IMG/VR virus record: IMGVR_UViG_2711768074_000010
DNA from: a virus
Taxonomy: Duplodnaviria > Heunggongvirae > Uroviricota > Caudoviricetes
Length of the DNA: 6,286 bases
Reading direction: 5' to 3' (one strand)
Made by a program: the position numbers and the translations under genes. The notes beneath the pieces are model-generated. The model saw nothing but the letters and a program-made list of their open reading frames with translations, was not told the DNA's origin and did not search any database. Positions 4,701-6,286 of the stretch are shown one piece after another. Numbering within the stretch: the first letter of the stretch is position 1; each line of letters starts with the position of its first letter.

Positions 4701-6282
4701 GTGGTGTTGTCTCCTCTTCCGGCCTGCGACTCTCCGCTATCTGCTGCTGATACGCCTGCGCTATCCACACCGGACGTGAGAGTCCGGCTTTTTGTCGCTC
4801 AGCAGATTCCCTGACCTGCTGGCGGAAAATGTCCTGATAATCCTCGCCCATCAGCGCCAGCTCTTTCTCATACGTGCTCAGTCCGGCCTCAATGCGCATC
4901 ACTGATTCCTGGACTTCCTTGAGCCCGTCAATGGCCATTCTTCCGGCTCCAATCCACTCAGCCCGTGACCAGGCTGATCGCGCCTGATAAAAATCAAAAC
5001 GCGCCCGTGGCGGACGAATAATCCCCCGAAGAAGTGCCTCTTCCAGCCAGCAGGAAAACATCTGCGTGGCCAGCCGGGACGCAATAAATTTTCGTCGTCC
5101 CATAAAATAGCACCACGACTCATTGGCGGAGGCGCGGGCACTTGAATAACTGACCTTCGAGTAATCCCGGGACAACTGTTCGTAGGAAACGCCAAGACCG
5201 GCGGCGATATACCGCAGCAGCGCCTGTTCAAGCGCCGAAAATCCATTGTCTGAATCCTGCGCGGTCTGAAGTTTCAGATCATCACCGGGGAAAAGGTGCG
5301 GAATTTTGACACCACCCAGCGTCACGCTATTCGTGTCATACCAGGTGGAGAACTTATCCAGAATATTAATAAGCGGATTATCCTTCTGCCCCTGCGGCGC
5401 ACCGGCGATATATTCAAAGGCCTTTTCGGTATCAAGGTCACTTTCAATCGTCGCTGCATACATCGCCTTCACTATGGCCGACTGAAGCTGTGTTGCCTGC
5501 AGGGAATCGAGCATCTTCAGCCGTTCCATTACGCTGTAAAACTGATTGGCCCCACGGGTCTGCCCGTCCTCCACCGGCTCGAAAATATGCAGCATGGCCG
5601 GACGCCCGGTGGGAAGTTCACGCGGGATCCGTTCCCATCGTCCACTCCCGGAGAACGGAAAATCATCCTCACAGATATGGTACGCAACGGCACGCCCATA
5701 TCGATCGACCTCCACACCGGCCCGCAGAAAACGGTTCCCCATACCGTGTCCTGGCGTGTCCACCCGTTTCGGACTCACGGCTTTAAAACGCGTACGAAAC
5801 AGTTGCGTGCTCTCCGTATCCCAGACCGGCTGCACAAAGATTTCGCCGTTAAACGCATGAACGCCCACACCTTCACGGATAAATTCCGTAAACGTGCGTT
5901 TCCCTTCCACGTCGATCTCGCCAGACATCCCTTCGGCGTATTCCGACCAGGCCGCCTCCACCTCATCGACAAAACTTTTTGCCGCAGTCTCCCGCATCCC
6001 CAGCCAGCGCCAGTTCGGACGGTAGCTGATCAGAAACATATGCCCGACAATATGATCCTTATGCAGGGCCACCGCATTGGCCGCTATCCCGTTATTGCGC
6101 ACCAGATCATCTGCCCGGGCATTCCCCAGACGCAACGCAGGCAGCAGGGCTGCATCGGCACTCTGCGCCGGTGGCAACCACTCCGCCATTTGCCCGCCAA
6201 ATCCTGCACCGCCCCCGTTGTAGCTGAGACTCTCACGAAGCGGAACGCCGTTCACATCAATCAGGACAGGCGTTCGTTTCAT
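4690..6282 (-). CDS. B: Portal protein (lambda gpB-like), complete
   Basis: 530-aa ORF; ATG at 6280-6282, TAA at 4690-4692. Translation aligns along its length with remembered lambda gpB (e.g. GNARADDLVRNNG, HIFEPVEDGQTRGAN, AIVKAMYAATIES, LQTAQDSDNG, LLRYIAAGLGVSYEQLSR, GRMAIDGLKEVQE). Position upstream of the C/protease gene matches lambda order. Confidence 0.93.
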   Translation of the reverse strand: MKRTPVLIDVNGVPLRESLSYNGGGAGFGGQMAEWLPPAQSADAALLPALRLGNARADDLVRNNGIAANAVALHKDHIVGHMFLISYRPNWRWLGMRETAAKSFVDEVEAAWSEYAEGMSGEIDVEGKRTFTEFIREGVGVHAFNGEIFVQPVWDTESTQLFRTRFKAVSPKRVDTPGHGMGNRFLRAGVEVDRYGRAVAYHICEDDFPFSGSGRWERIPRELPTGRPAMLHIFEPVEDGQTRGANQFYSVMERLKMLDSLQATQLQSAIVKAMYAATIESDLDTEKAFEYIAGAPQGQKDNPLINILDKFSTWYDTNSVTLGGVKIPHLFPGDDLKLQTAQDSDNGFSALEQALLRYIAAGLGVSYEQLSRDYSKVSYSSARASANESWCYFMGRRKFIASRLATQMFSCWLEEALLRGIIRPPRARFDFYQARSAWSRAEWIGAGRMAIDGLKEVQESVMRIEAGLSTYEKELALMGEDYQDIFRQQVRESAERQKAGLSRPVWIAQAYQQQIAESRRPEEETTPRET

Positions 6283-6286
6283 AACC

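Noticed and set aside
4899-5972. Alternative-frame and antisense ORFs inside the portal gene (4899..5246 -, 5490..5786 +, 5529..5717 -, 5546..5860 +, 5775..5972 -)
   Set aside because: Embedded in the portal gene, which matches lambda gpB along its length; no independent support.

Overview
This window is a lambda-like (lambdoid siphovirus or prophage) head-morphogenesis module, with all eight genes on the minus strand and tightly packed (stop/start overlaps of 4 to 11 nt, intergenic gaps under 60 bp). In transcription order (high to low coordinate) they are portal gpB, head protease/scaffold gpC with a nested in-frame Nu3-like scaffold start, decoration protein gpD, major capsid protein gpE, gpFI, gpFII, tail completion protein gpZ and tail terminator gpU. 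Assignments rest on my recognition of the translated ORFs against remembered phage lambda proteins, not on a database search. I see no inserted cargo gene, defence system, CRISPR array, tRNA or rRNA, and there is no room for one; I do not find a novel multi-gene system here. The points worth a second look are smaller: a triplicated scaffold motif in the C/Nu3 C-terminus, a 12-bp perfect inverted repeat carrying a 19/19 match to the IS50 (Tn5) inside-end sequence exactly where gpU stops resembling lambda U, a terminator-like hairpin between E and FI, and a perfect palindrome between D and E. Plus-strand ORFs in the track are antisense to these genes and are treated as spurious.
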